Notes: generated by a model from the letters alone, not told the origin. A stretch of 64,000 bases of DNA from Rhodospirillales bacterium (GCA_020356105.1 CP070634.1:3611353-3675352), one strand, 5' to 3'. Counted from the stretch's first letter, positions 1 to 9,763 are shown. A program made the numbers and translations.

Positions 1-55
1 CCCCCGCTGCGGCAGGGACGACCAGAAGCACGAAGAGGAGGACAAGCGCGCGCAT
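1..55 (-). CDS. dsrJ: DsrJ-like periplasmic cytochrome c, N-terminal fragment (runs off window)
   Basis: ATG at 55 lies 8 nt after the dsrL stop, with AGAGG about 6 nt upstream. It opens MRALVLLFVLLVVPAAAG, which looks like a signal peptide. The position matches dsrJ in the dsrABEFHCMKLJ order. Only 18 codons are visible. Confidence 0.35.
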   Translation of the reverse strand, partial: MRALVLLFVLLVVPAAAG

Positions 56-63
56 CGCAGCCT

Positions 64-2034
64 CTATTCGCCAAGTCCCATCTGGATATAGCCGCTGGGG
101 CAGACATCCTCGCAGATATGGCAACCGATGCACTTGTTGTAGTCGGTGTCGACATAGCGACCCATCGTGGTCTTGGCTTTGTTGACGCGGAAGATCGCGT
201 CCTGCGGACAATAGATGACACAGTTGTCGCATTCGAAGCACATGCCGCAGCTCATGCAGCGGTCGGCCTCGGCTTTCGCCTCTTCCTCGGTGAATCCGTG
301 AATGCGCTCCTCGAAATGGCCCAGCACGTCTTCCGGACCGATATGTTTCTCCTTGCGCTTGTGTCGGGCCTCGTACTTCCAGTGGCCGAGGAACAATTCG
401 TCGGCCGGGACGATCTCGACGAAGGATCGGTCCTCGTAATTGTGGATCGCGAAATTCTCGTGGTCGGTGCCGCGAACCTGCTCGTGGCTGTACGGCTCCG
501 GCTCGAGATGGGCCTCCTGCAGCTTCGCCAGCAGATCGAAGTGGTGCTTGTCGACCTTGGGACGCCGCGCCGGCTCCTTGCCGGACAGGAAATGATCGAT
601 GCCCTCGGCGGCGATCGAGGCATGGCCGATGGCGGTCGTCAGCAGATGCGGCTTGACGATGTCGCCGCCGACGAAGAAGTCCTTCTTGTCCGCCGCGCGG
701 TAGAAGGAGTCCGGGTTGATCAGGCCGCGGCCGTTGTCGAGATCCTCCATGCCGGTCAGATCGCCGGACTGGCCGATGGCGGCGACGATCAGGTCGCACT
801 CGATGTCGAATTCTGGTGTGTCCTTGACCGTCATGTTGTTGCCTTCCCACTCGACCTCCTGCACGCGGAGCGCCGTGGCGCGGCCGTCCTCGCCGACGAC
901 GACCGAGACCGGCGCCAGCGAACTGCGGATCTTTACGCCCTCCTGGCGCACATGCTCGATCTCCATCTTCGCCGCCGGCATCTTCTCGACCGGCCGCCGG
1001 TAGACGATCGTCACATCCGCACCCTCACGGTTGGCGACCGTGGCGACATCGTGCGCCGTGTGGCCCAGCACGACCATTTCCGGGCGGTCGCGCTCGCGCT
1101 CCTGCGTGATATGGCCGAGCCGCCGGGCGACCGCCGCGACATCCATCGCGGTGTCGCCACCGCCGATCACCAGCACGTTCTTGGCGCTGTGCTTCAGACG
1201 GCCGTCGTTGAACGCCTCGAGGAAGGCGATGCCGCTGATGACGTTGGGCGCGTCACCGCCGGGGACGGGGAGGGCCTGGCCGCTCTGCGCGCCCACGCCG
1301 ACGAAGAACGCATCGAATTCCTTTTTGAGGTCTTCGACCGATACGTCGACGCCGATCTTGGTGTTCATGCGCGTCTCGACGCCCATGTCGAGGATGCGCT
1401 GGATCTCGCCGTCCAGCACCTCGCGGGGCGTGCGGTAGCCCGGGATGCCATAGCGCATCATGCCGCCCAACTCTTCATGCGTATCGAAGATCGTCACGCC
1501 GTGTCCCATGCGGCGGAGCTGATACGCCGCCGCCAGGCTGGCCGGGCCGCCACCGATGCAGGCCACCTTCTTGCCGGTATCCGGGCCGGGCTCGCGCAGC
1601 TTCAGGCCGTGCTGCAGGGCGTAGTCACCGATATACTGCTCGACCGCGTTGATGCCGACATGGTCCTCCACCTCGTTGCGGTTGCAGCCGTCCTCGCAGG
1701 GCGCCGGGCAAACCCGACCCATGATCGCCGGCATCGGGTTGGAATCGGTCAGCCGGTAGAACGCGTATTCCTGCCAGTTCATGCCCTCCGGCGGCTTCTC
1801 GATGCCGCGCGCGATATTGAGCCAGCCGCGGATATCCTCGCCCGACGGACAGCTTCCCTGGCAGGGCGGCGTCCGATGCACATAGGTCGGACATTTGTGC
1901 GACTCGTCCGCAACGAAGATTTCCTCCTGCCAGGGCCGGTGCTCGTGGTCGCCGTCCTTGAACCGGCGAAACGTCAGTTTGGTTTCGTCCATGTCGTGCT
2001 TTTCCTGATCCTGATTGCCCTGCGAGCCGTCCAT
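64..2034 (-). CDS. dsrL: DsrL, NAD(P)H:acceptor oxidoreductase (glutamate-synthase small-subunit-like with ferredoxin domain)
   Basis: 656-aa ORF with dinucleotide-binding motifs VACIGGGPASLAAAY and VLVIGGGDTAMD. The C-terminus carries Fe-S motifs CMSCGMCFECDNC and CIGCHICEDVCP. It follows dsrK as in the Allochromatium dsr operon. Confidence 0.85.
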   Translation of the reverse strand: MDGSQGNQDQEKHDMDETKLTFRRFKDGDHEHRPWQEEIFVADESHKCPTYVHRTPPCQGSCPSGEDIRGWLNIARGIEKPPEGMNWQEYAFYRLTDSNPMPAIMGRVCPAPCEDGCNRNEVEDHVGINAVEQYIGDYALQHGLKLREPGPDTGKKVACIGGGPASLAAAYQLRRMGHGVTIFDTHEELGGMMRYGIPGYRTPREVLDGEIQRILDMGVETRMNTKIGVDVSVEDLKKEFDAFFVGVGAQSGQALPVPGGDAPNVISGIAFLEAFNDGRLKHSAKNVLVIGGGDTAMDVAAVARRLGHITQERERDRPEMVVLGHTAHDVATVANREGADVTIVYRRPVEKMPAAKMEIEHVRQEGVKIRSSLAPVSVVVGEDGRATALRVQEVEWEGNNMTVKDTPEFDIECDLIVAAIGQSGDLTGMEDLDNGRGLINPDSFYRAADKKDFFVGGDIVKPHLLTTAIGHASIAAEGIDHFLSGKEPARRPKVDKHHFDLLAKLQEAHLEPEPYSHEQVRGTDHENFAIHNYEDRSFVEIVPADELFLGHWKYEARHKRKEKHIGPEDVLGHFEERIHGFTEEEAKAEADRCMSCGMCFECDNCVIYCPQDAIFRVNKAKTTMGRYVDTDYNKCIGCHICEDVCPSGYIQMGLGE

Positions 2035-2040
2035 GGCGTG

Positions 2041-3588
2041 CTATTCCTCCGTCTCGGTCGGCGCGGCGCCGGCCTTTGTTTCGTCGTCGTCCTCGTCAGT
2101 GGTCTGGCCGTCGAGGATGATTGCGTTGCTCACCAGCTGGTGCAGGCTGACCACCCGGTCCATGCCCATGCCGTACTCCGGAAACACCTTGGAAAACTGG
2201 CTCTTGCAGATCGCGCAGATCGCGATCATGTGGGTGACCCCGTCGGTCTGGACGACCTGGTTCAGCGCGTCCATGCGGGGCTTCGCCCCCTTGACGCGCA
2301 ATTCCATAAGATCGTCGGTCAGCAGCCCGCCGCCGCCGCCGCAGCAATAGGTGCCCTCGCGGATCGAATCCGGGGCCATGTCCACGAAGTTGTTGCACAC
2401 CGCCCGGGCGATCGCTCGGGGAATCTCGAACTGTCCGCCCGGCACGCCGCCCATCCGCGTTGCGCGGGCAACGTTGCACGAATCGTGGAAGGTCAGCGTC
2501 ATGTCGTCGTTTGCCGACTTGTCGAACTTCAGGGCGCCCTTCTGGATGAGGTCGTATGTGAACTCGCAGATATGCTGCGGGATCGGATACTTCTGATCGA
2601 GGAAATCCCATGGACCGGCGAGGGTGTTCAGGAAGCTGTAGGCGACGCGCCAGGCGTGGCCGCACTCGCCGAACACCAGCCGTTTGACGCCGAGATCGAG
2701 CGCCGCCTTGCGGATCCGCAGGGCAATCTCCCGCATCTGTTCGTAGGAGCCGATGAACATGGCAAAGTTGGCGGCTTCCGAGGCATACGAGCTGATCGTC
2801 CAGCTGACCCCCGCCTGATGGAAGACCTTGGCATAGCCCATCAGCCCGTCGACATGCGGCTCGGCGAAGAAATCCGCGCTCGGCGTAACCAGCAGGATCT
2901 CGGCGCCCTTCTCGTCGAGCGGCAGTCGGACCTTGACGCCGGTCTCGTCCTCGATGTCCTCTTCAAGGCCCTCCAGCGTATCGGCGAGGGCCGGCCCGGG
3001 TAGGCCCAAATTGTTGCCGATCGTATGAACCTTGCCGATGATCTCGTTGCAATATTTCTGGCCCTTGCCGATATGATCCATGATATCGCGCGCCGCCATC
3101 GACAGCTCGGCCGTGTCGATACCGTAGGGGCAGTAGACCGAGCAGCGTCGGCACTGCGAGCACTGGTGGAAATAGCTGTACCAGTCGTCGAGCACTTCTT
3201 CGGTCAGGTCCTCGGCGCCGACCAGCCAAGGCAGCCATTTGCCGGCGAAGGTGAAGTGCCGGCGATAGACCTTGCGCATCAGATCCTGGCGCGCCACCGG
3301 CATGTTCTTTGGATCGCCGGTGCCGAGGAAATAATGGCACTTGTCGGTGCAGGCGCCGCAGCGCACGCAGGAATCGAGGTAAACCCTGAGCGCGCGGGAC
3401 TTGTCCAGGAGTTCGCCGAAGCGGGCGATCGCTCTGTCGTGCCAGTCCTCGACCAGTTCGCCCGGGAAGCCGAGCGGCTCCTGGTGCTCCGGTGCCGCCA
3501 GATAAGGATGCGAATGCGACATCGCCCCTTCCTGCAGCGCCGGAATCTCGGTGAACTCGGTCAGCTCGGGAACCTTGTAATCGCCCAT
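2041..3588 (-). CDS. dsrK: DsrK, HdrD-like Fe-S catalytic subunit of the DsrMK(JOP) complex
   Basis: Fe-S motifs CVRCGACTDKC and CSQCRRCSVYCP, plus a CCG-type C-terminal region (YCCGGGGG). I trimmed the start to ATG 3588 (MGDYKVPELTEF), 1 nt after the dsrM stop. The upstream 36 codons of the track ORF overlap dsrM. Confidence 0.85.
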   Translation of the reverse strand: MGDYKVPELTEFTEIPALQEGAMSHSHPYLAAPEHQEPLGFPGELVEDWHDRAIARFGELLDKSRALRVYLDSCVRCGACTDKCHYFLGTGDPKNMPVARQDLMRKVYRRHFTFAGKWLPWLVGAEDLTEEVLDDWYSYFHQCSQCRRCSVYCPYGIDTAELSMAARDIMDHIGKGQKYCNEIIGKVHTIGNNLGLPGPALADTLEGLEEDIEDETGVKVRLPLDEKGAEILLVTPSADFFAEPHVDGLMGYAKVFHQAGVSWTISSYASEAANFAMFIGSYEQMREIALRIRKAALDLGVKRLVFGECGHAWRVAYSFLNTLAGPWDFLDQKYPIPQHICEFTYDLIQKGALKFDKSANDDMTLTFHDSCNVARATRMGGVPGGQFEIPRAIARAVCNNFVDMAPDSIREGTYCCGGGGGLLTDDLMELRVKGAKPRMDALNQVVQTDGVTHMIAICAICKSQFSKVFPEYGMGMDRVVSLHQLVSNAIILDGQTTDEDDDETKAGAAPTETEE

Positions 3589-3589
3589 G

Positions 3590-4327
3590 CTATTCGCCCC
3601 TAGCCTCGAGCTTCGCGGCCCACGACGCGAGGTGGCGCTTCTCGCGGGCGCTGTCGACCTGGTTGCGGGTCGGGCTGAAGAACAGCCCCGGCGCATGCAG
3701 CAGCTTCGAGAAGGGGAACACCGTCATCAGCACGATGACCAGGCCGAGATGCACCGCCAGGACCGGATCGGTCGGCATCGGCTGCCAGTCGAACCGCATC
3801 AGCCCGATAATGAATTGCTTGAGCGCAACGATATCGGTTCGCGCAACGTAGCGCATGACGAGGCCGCTCGCCGTGATGCCGAGCAGCAAGGCCAGCATCA
3901 GATGGTCCGACGGTCCGCTGATATACCGGATTCTCTCGACGAGGACTCGCCGCAACCACAGCGCGCCGAGCCCCGCCAGCATGGCGAAGCCGGCATAGGT
4001 GCCGAAGGGCTGCACCAGGACGACCCAGCTCCAGACCGGCTCGGTAAAGTAACGCAGATGGCGCAGCATCGCGAGCAGCAGCGCGGCATGGAACATCCAG
4101 CCGAACAGCCAGATCCATTTGTTCGATTTGAACAGACTCTCGAACAGCACGACCTCGCGGACAAGCCGCATGGCGACGCCGCCTCTGGTCAGCGGCGCCG
4201 GCATGGTGGGGATCTTCAGGGGCGCCGGCGTGCGCCAGTACTGGACGATTTTGCGCAGCAACCCATAGATCAGCCACGCGGTTGCCGCATAGAAACCGAC
4301 AGTGAAGATCGCGGTCAGCACGGCCAT
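3590..4327 (-). CDS. dsrM: DsrM, NarI/HdrE-like membrane heme-b subunit
   Basis: 245-aa polytopic hydrophobic protein (several predicted helices with conserved His). It sits between dsrC and dsrK. Confidence 0.8.
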   Translation of the reverse strand: MAVLTAIFTVGFYAATAWLIYGLLRKIVQYWRTPAPLKIPTMPAPLTRGGVAMRLVREVVLFESLFKSNKWIWLFGWMFHAALLLAMLRHLRYFTEPVWSWVVLVQPFGTYAGFAMLAGLGALWLRRVLVERIRYISGPSDHLMLALLLGITASGLVMRYVARTDIVALKQFIIGLMRFDWQPMPTDPVLAVHLGLVIVLMTVFPFSKLLHAPGLFFSPTRNQVDSAREKRHLASWAAKLEARGE

Positions 4328-4390
4328 GATCCCCCATTGCCCCGGCCAGTTACGGCCGACCGGGGCGCTTCAGTTCATCAGTCCAGCGCG

Positions 4391-4723
4391 TCAGATGCAG
4401 CCGGTCGGCTTCGGCAGTCCGGCAATCTTGCAGGCCTGCTTGGCCGGGCCGTATGGGAACAGCTCATAGAGATACTTGCTGTTGCCCTTCTCCGGGCCCA
4501 TCGTCTTCTTGACGGCCTTCGTCAGGACGCGAATGGCGGGCGCGATCTGATACTCCTCGTAGTACTCGCGCAGGAAGTTGACGACCTCCCAGTGGTCGTC
4601 GGTCATATCGATATTCTCGTCCTCGGCGATCAGTTCCGCGAGCTCGCGGGACCACTGGCTGATATCCTTGATATAGCCTTCCTCGTCCGCCTCGAATGTC
4701 TGGCCGTTCAACTGGTAAGCCAT
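4391..4723 (-). CDS. dsrC: DsrC, sulfur-carrier/substrate protein of DsrAB
   Basis: 110 aa of the DsrC/TusE family. The diagnostic flexible C-terminus ...AKQACKIAGLPKPTGCI carries both conserved cysteines. Confidence 0.9.
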   Translation of the reverse strand: MAYQLNGQTFEADEEGYIKDISQWSRELAELIAEDENIDMTDDHWEVVNFLREYYEEYQIAPAIRVLTKAVKKTMGPEKGNSKYLYELFPYGPAKQACKIAGLPKPTGCI

Positions 4724-4783
4724 TTCTTGATTTTCCTCCTTGGTGATCTGTGTCGTGTCGTCTTTGGGTATCGTGTGCTTAGC

Positions 4784-5086
4784 TTAGAGCCACGCCTGTT
4801 GCGCCTCGTGTTCGGCCACGAGGTCGACGAATCCGCCGTAGTCGACGACCTCTATGCCATCGATCAGCGGAGCTTCGCTCAAGCCCCGGGCCGCCACGTC
4901 GGGCCCCAGGACGTAAAACTTGAAATCGTTCATGCGGGCGGCCACCGCGTCGGCGGCGCGGGTGCCGCGCAGCGCGCCGTAGACGCCGTCCTCGATCAGC
5001 AGAATCGCACTGCCGGCCTTGGCCAGGCGCATGCAGCTCTCCAGCGTATTTCTCTCGAGCGGAGATTTGTTCACCGTGTGCAGCAT
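4784..5086 (-). CDS. dsrH: DsrH (TusB-like) sulfur relay subunit
   Basis: 100-aa small protein of DsrH/TusB size and style (MLHTVNKSP...LLIEDGVY). It lies after dsrF and before dsrC. Confidence 0.8.
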   Translation of the reverse strand: MLHTVNKSPLERNTLESCMRLAKAGSAILLIEDGVYGALRGTRAADAVAARMNDFKFYVLGPDVAARGLSEAPLIDGIEVVDYGGFVDLVAEHEAQQAWL

Positions 5087-5097
5087 GCCGGTCTTCC

Positions 5098-5487
5098 TTA
5101 TGCGCTGATCACAACGTCCTGCGCGGCCATGATCTCGCGCAGCTCGTCGGTGCTCAGAATCTCCACCTCGACCACCAAATCGTCCGCCGTCAGCCCGCGG
5201 GCTTCAAGCGATTCCTTCTCAAAATAGAGTTTCTCGACATCGTAACCCTCCAGCGCGCGGAAGGTCGGCGAGAAATTCTTCATGTTGATGCCGGTCGTAT
5301 CCTGCCCCTTGGTCAACTGGAACACGCCGTCATCGAGGAACACGACGCTGACATCCTGGTCGAACGCCGCCGAGATCAGCACCGTTTCCAAGGACTCAAG
5401 TGCATAGATCGTCCCGTAGGGTGCCTTGCGGTTCACATACATGAACCGTTTGATGGCCTCCGGTTCGAAATCGTCGTCTTCCATCAT
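5098..5487 (-). CDS. dsrF: DsrF (TusC-like) sulfur relay subunit
   Basis: I trimmed the start to ATGATG at 5487 (MMEDDDFEPEAIKRFMYVNRKAPYG...). The remaining N-terminal 69 aa of the 198-aa track ORF are Arg-rich read-through overlapping dsrE. Confidence 0.8.
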   Translation of the reverse strand: MMEDDDFEPEAIKRFMYVNRKAPYGTIYALESLETVLISAAFDQDVSVVFLDDGVFQLTKGQDTTGINMKNFSPTFRALEGYDVEKLYFEKESLEARGLTADDLVVEVEILSTDELREIMAAQDVVISA

Positions 5488-5522
5488 CGCCGCTGTCCGT
5501 TCCCTGTCCGCATGTCCACCCG

Positions 5523-5882
5523 TCAGTCGCCGAACACGACCAGACGGTCGCTGACGATCCCGGCCTCGATCAGCTGGCCGAGACCGGAAATCCGGAAGCC
5601 GGGGGCGAGGATATCGTCCTTGATGCCCCGCCGCAGCGCGGCGGCGACGCAGACCACGAGGTCGACGCCGTGCTCTTCTCCCAGCTTGCCCCACAGCTCC
5701 ACCAGATTGCGGTCGTCCGCCTGCGGCTCGGAGAGCTTGTTCGCGTTGTTGACGCCGTCATGGTAGAAGAACACGCGCATGATCTCGTGTCCCTTCTCCA
5801 GCGCCGCCTTGGCGAACTGGTAGGCCGAATCCGACGCCTGATGCGTGAACGGGCCCTCATTCACCAAAATTCCGAACTTCAT
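5523..5882 (-). CDS. dsrE: DsrE (TusD-like) sulfur relay subunit
   Basis: 119 aa. MKFGILVNEGPFTHQASDSAYQFA... is typical DsrE/TusD, with the conserved Cys region DLVVCVAAA. Confidence 0.85.
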   Translation of the reverse strand: MKFGILVNEGPFTHQASDSAYQFAKAALEKGHEIMRVFFYHDGVNNANKLSEPQADDRNLVELWGKLGEEHGVDLVVCVAAALRRGIKDDILAPGFRISGLGQLIEAGIVSDRLVVFGD

Positions 5883-5914
5883 CTCCCTTATGCCTCCTGG
5901 CGCGCGTGCACGCC

Positions 5915-6994
5915 CTAGAAGTGGACGTGCGCCGACGCGTTCAGGCTGCGCCGCGCGCCGCGCCAGTCATCGATATGATGCCGGGTGAACGCAAGGTCGG
6001 TCATCTCGAAGAAACGCGGCCAGCCGATCCGTTCAATCCACTCGCCCATGCGCTCCCACGGGCGGCCATCCTCCTTGTAGGCGTAGAGGATCTTCTTGAC
6101 GATCTCGGCGGCCTCCGGCCAGCGCGGCGGGTTGTTCGGGATGCCGGCCGCGACCAGCTTGTGGAAGGTCGGCTTCGAGCGGGCATTCGAATGCTTGCCG
6201 CCCACCCAGATCGCCAGCTTGGTCGACTCCTCGCTGTTGATCTGCATCGGTGGGCAGGGCGGATAACAGGCGCCGCAGCAGATGCATTTCTTCTCATCCA
6301 CCTCCAGCGACGGCTTGCCGTCGACCAGCGCCGGGCGGATCGCCGCCACCGGACAGCGCGCCACGACGGCCGGTCGCTCGCAGACATTGGCGACGAGATC
6401 GTGGTTGATCTTCGGCGGCTTGGTGTACTGCACGTTGATCGCGATATCCCCCTGGCCGCCGCAGTTGATCTGGCAGCAGGAGGTGGTGAGGCGAACGCGG
6501 TTCGGCATCTCCTCATGCTTGAAGTCGTGATAGATCTCGTCCATCAACGCCTTCACGACGCCCGACGCATCGGTGCCGGGAATGTCGCAATGTAGCCAGC
6601 CCTGGGTGTGTGAGATCATCGACACCGAGTTGCCGGTGCCGCCGACCGGGAAGCCCTCCGATTCGAGCTTTTCGATCAGCGGCGCGACCTTGGACTCCTC
6701 GCTGACCATGAACTCGCAGTTGGAGCGCACGGTGAACCTGACATGGCTCTCGGCGTATTCGTCGGCGATGTCGCAGAGCTTGCGAATGGTGTGGATGTCC
6801 ATCTGCCGCTGCGTGCCGGCGCGGACCGTCCATACCGTATCGCCACTGTGCGAGACATGGCGCAGGACGCCCGGGCGGGGCCGGTCGTGCCATTTCCAGT
6901 TGCCGTAATTCTTCTTCAGCACCGGATGCATATGGGGGAAGGGATCCGGGACGCCGCTCTCGACGGGACGCCGCGGTTGTGTTGCCTGATTCAT
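5915..6994 (-). CDS. dsrB: Dissimilatory sulfite reductase beta subunit
   Basis: 359 aa with the siroheme/Fe-S region TSCCQINCGG and a ferredoxin insert (CICCGACYPPCP). It lies directly after dsrA. Confidence 0.9.
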   Translation of the reverse strand: MNQATQPRRPVESGVPDPFPHMHPVLKKNYGNWKWHDRPRPGVLRHVSHSGDTVWTVRAGTQRQMDIHTIRKLCDIADEYAESHVRFTVRSNCEFMVSEESKVAPLIEKLESEGFPVGGTGNSVSMISHTQGWLHCDIPGTDASGVVKALMDEIYHDFKHEEMPNRVRLTTSCCQINCGGQGDIAINVQYTKPPKINHDLVANVCERPAVVARCPVAAIRPALVDGKPSLEVDEKKCICCGACYPPCPPMQINSEESTKLAIWVGGKHSNARSKPTFHKLVAAGIPNNPPRWPEAAEIVKKILYAYKEDGRPWERMGEWIERIGWPRFFEMTDLAFTRHHIDDWRGARRSLNASAHVHF

Positions 6995-7041
6995 AATTCG
7001 AATTCCCGTTCTCTATCTCGAAGCGCGTGCGGTAGGGCGGC

Positions 7042-8316
7042 CTATTCGGCCGCCTCCGCCGAGCCCTTCTTCTCCGCCTTGTGGCGATACCACTTGTCGG
7101 CCTCTTCGTCCCAGTCGTCGGTGCGGACATAGGACGAGGTGCGCGGATGGCTGATCATGTTCGGGTTGACCTCGACGCCGATCGCCTCGAGGAAGTTGGC
7201 GAGCCCGATGCGGTCGATCGTCTCGCCGACCCGCTCATGCTCGAGCGCGTTCTCGGCGAAGAAGTCGATGACCGTCTCGGCGAGCTCGGTCAGCGCCTCG
7301 TAGTCCTCGTCGGTCTCCAGCTTGAAGAACGGAACGACCACGGTGCCCATCAAATCGCCGATCTTCAGCGAGCGCTTGCCGCCGATCAGGATCGTTGCGC
7401 CGCGCTCGTCGCCCGGCGACAGCGCCTTGGTCATCACGTTCAGGCAGTGCATGCAGCGCACGCAGCTCTTGTTGTCGACCTCGAGCGTATCGTCGTCGTT
7501 GAGGCTGAGCGCCCGGGTCGGGCACATCGAGATGACCTGGTCGATCATATGCTTGCGGCCGTTCTTCTTGACGAAGGCCTTCACCTCGTCCTGGTCGACC
7601 TTCATGTCGTCCTTCCAGGTGCCGATCACAGCGAAATCGGAGCGGTGGATCGCGTTCGAGCAGTCATTCGGGCAGCCGGAAAACTTGAACTTGAACTTGT
7701 AGGGCAGCGCGGGCCGATGCATCTCGTCGAGGAACTCGTTGATGATGCGGCGGTGCGCCTTTACCTCGTCGTAGCAGGACTGCTCGCAACGGGCATGACC
7801 GACGCAGGCGACCGAGGTCCTGAGCGCCGGGCCGGCGCCGCCCAGATCGAGGCCGATGTCCTCACTGTTCAGCTCGTCGAACGCCTTCTGCACGTTTTCG
7901 GTGGTGGCGCCCTGGAACATTATGTCGCCGCTCTGCCCGTGCAGCGCGATCAGGCCCGAGCCGTGCTTCTCCCACACGTCGCACATCTTGCGCAGCAGGT
8001 TCGTCGAGTAATGCATGCCCGAGGGCGGCTGCACGCGCAGCGTATGGAACTCCTTCGACTCCGGATAATCTTCCGCGACTTCCGAGAAGCGCGGAATGAT
8101 GCCGCCGCCGTAACCGAAGACGCTGACCGTGCCGCCTTTCCAGTAGCCCAGCTTGGTCTTGTAGGAATGCTCGAGCTGGCCGAGAAGGTCCTTCATCATG
8201 TTGGCATAAGGCTTGTCATCATCCTTTGCCAGCCGCTTCAGACCGGTCACGAAGCTCGGCCACGGTCCGGACTCCAGCTCGTCCAGCAACGGCGTGTCAT
8301 GCATCTTCTTGGTCAT
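7042..8316 (-). CDS. dsrA: Dissimilatory sulfite reductase alpha subunit
   Basis: 424 aa with motifs ACVGHARCEQSC and FSGCPNDCSNA, plus a ferredoxin domain (CVRCMHCLNV). GGAGGA lies 6 nt upstream of the ATG. Confidence 0.9.
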   Translation of the reverse strand: MTKKMHDTPLLDELESGPWPSFVTGLKRLAKDDDKPYANMMKDLLGQLEHSYKTKLGYWKGGTVSVFGYGGGIIPRFSEVAEDYPESKEFHTLRVQPPSGMHYSTNLLRKMCDVWEKHGSGLIALHGQSGDIMFQGATTENVQKAFDELNSEDIGLDLGGAGPALRTSVACVGHARCEQSCYDEVKAHRRIINEFLDEMHRPALPYKFKFKFSGCPNDCSNAIHRSDFAVIGTWKDDMKVDQDEVKAFVKKNGRKHMIDQVISMCPTRALSLNDDDTLEVDNKSCVRCMHCLNVMTKALSPGDERGATILIGGKRSLKIGDLMGTVVVPFFKLETDEDYEALTELAETVIDFFAENALEHERVGETIDRIGLANFLEAIGVEVNPNMISHPRTSSYVRTDDWDEEADKWYRHKAEKKGSAEAAE

Positions 8317-8609
8317 GGACTTTCCTCCAAAATTCCCTCTTCATTTACCCGTTTGCCGCCACGGGCCCGAAACTCTCTACTACTTTCGAGCAAAGCATTC
8401 CAGCATCCGAACGACCAATCTGGAATTCCCCACTCTTATATGCGAAACTTATCATATTCGAGAACGCGTACCTGAATCCAGCAGAATTGTTGTCTGGAGA
8501 TTTGCACGGCCCAATTTTCTGAATCGACGGCCAAAAAAGGTGTTGTGGTCCGGACCATACCCGGCCTGGATGCGTCACTGCAACCGTCCTCAGAATTCGG
8601 TTTGGAAAC
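8317..8609. promoter_or_regulatory. Divergent promoter region between dsrA and the TauD-like/cysG unit
   Basis: 293-nt non-coding spacer between divergent starts, visibly less GC-rich than the flanks (e.g. ctcttatatgcgaaacttatcatattcgag). No specific operator recognised. Confidence 0.4.
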
Positions 8610-9575
8610 ATGGCACAGAATACACCAGCACAGGATAAAAGATACGTGCGAGATGAAGGTCGAACGGTTGTGCAGAGCGGTGGTCCGTTCGACCTTGCCG
8701 ACGCCGACGCCTACCGGCGCTGGCGTGACCGCAAGTTGGCGTCGCGGGTCGCCGATCCGGCTGAGCTGCTGGTCGAACTCTCGTTGCTCGCGGCGCCGAC
8801 GGAGGCGGAGCGCGCAGCGATCCTCGCGCTCTGCCGGCGCGCCAACATGGCGATTTATGCCGGCCCGGTGCTTGAGCCCACCGCGGCAAAGAAGGCCGTT
8901 GCCGCGCTCGGTGCAGCGCTTGGACTGCATCGTCTCGACCGCAATCTGTGCGCCGAGGAGGACGGCATCTCCGCGCTTGAGGTGCGGGCCGGGAGCGGAG
9001 CGGGCGAGTACGTTCCATACACCGACCGGTCGCTCAGCTGGCATACCGACGGCTATTACAACAGTGATGCCGAGCAGGTCCGCGGCGTCATCCTGCATTG
9101 CGTGCGCGCGGCCTCGGACGGTGGCGGCAACGCGCTGATGGATCCGGAGATCGCCTATATCCGTCTGCGCGACGAGGATCCCGCCTTCATCGCCGCGCTG
9201 ATGCATCCCGAGGCGATGACGATCCCGGCCAACACGCTGAGCGGCACCGAGATCCGTCCGGCCCGAATCGGGCCGGTGTTCTCGGTCGACCCGGCGAGCG
9301 GTGCCCTGCACATGCGCTATTCGGCGCGCAAGGTGAATGTGGTATGGCGGGACGATGCGGTGACGCGTGCGGCGGTCGACTTCCTCAATGCGCTGCTGGT
9401 CGCTGACGGCCCGGACATACATCATTGGCGTCTGCGGCCGGGTGAGGGCTATATCTCCAACAACGTGCTGCACAACCGCACCGCGTTCGAAGACGCGCCG
9501 CGACCGGATGCGGGACGGCTGGTCTATCGGGCGCGCTATTTCGACAGGATCGAGGGAACCGAACCGTGCCGATGA
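8610..9575 (+). CDS. TauD/TfdA-family Fe(II)/2-oxoglutarate dioxygenase-like protein
   Basis: 321 aa. It has an HxD motif in SLSWHTDGYY, a distal His/Arg region (VLHNRTAFEDA...YRARY), and overall TauD-like length. Confidence 0.7.
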   Translation: MAQNTPAQDKRYVRDEGRTVVQSGGPFDLADADAYRRWRDRKLASRVADPAELLVELSLLAAPTEAERAAILALCRRANMAIYAGPVLEPTAAKKAVAALGAALGLHRLDRNLCAEEDGISALEVRAGSGAGEYVPYTDRSLSWHTDGYYNSDAEQVRGVILHCVRAASDGGGNALMDPEIAYIRLRDEDPAFIAALMHPEAMTIPANTLSGTEIRPARIGPVFSVDPASGALHMRYSARKVNVVWRDDAVTRAAVDFLNALLVADGPDIHHWRLRPGEGYISNNVLHNRTAFEDAPRPDAGRLVYRARYFDRIEGTEPCR

Positions 9576-9763
9576 TAAATCTGAGCCAGATCATCATTAC
9601 CAATCCGCAGGTCAAGTCATTCAAGCAACTGCTCGAGGTGGTCGAGCAGGAGGCGAAACACGGCACCTTGCACCTGCAGTTCGACGTCAAGCCGGACTAC
9701 CGCGATACGCCGCGCAATTGGGAATTCCTGATCGAGGCGGCATTCTATCGGGGGCAGCCGTGA
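9572..9763 (+). CDS. Small hypothetical protein (63 aa)
   Basis: ATG 9572 overlaps the upstream TGA (ATGA); an alternative GTG lies at 9566. The ORF MINLSQIIITNPQVKSFKQLLEVVEQEAKHGTLHLQFDVKPDYRDTPRNWEFLIEAAFYRGQP has lower GC than its neighbours. No family recognised. Confidence 0.4.
   Translation: MINLSQIIITNPQVKSFKQLLEVVEQEAKHGTLHLQFDVKPDYRDTPRNWEFLIEAAFYRGQP

Noticed and set aside
118-3003. 961-aa plus-strand ORF, the longest in the left part of the window.
   Set aside because: It runs antisense to dsrL and dsrK. It is an Ala/Arg/Val/Asp/Leu-rich low-information sequence with no motifs. Long antisense ORFs of this kind are the expected artefact in GC-rich DNA, and the opposite strand carries unmistakable DsrL/DsrK motifs.
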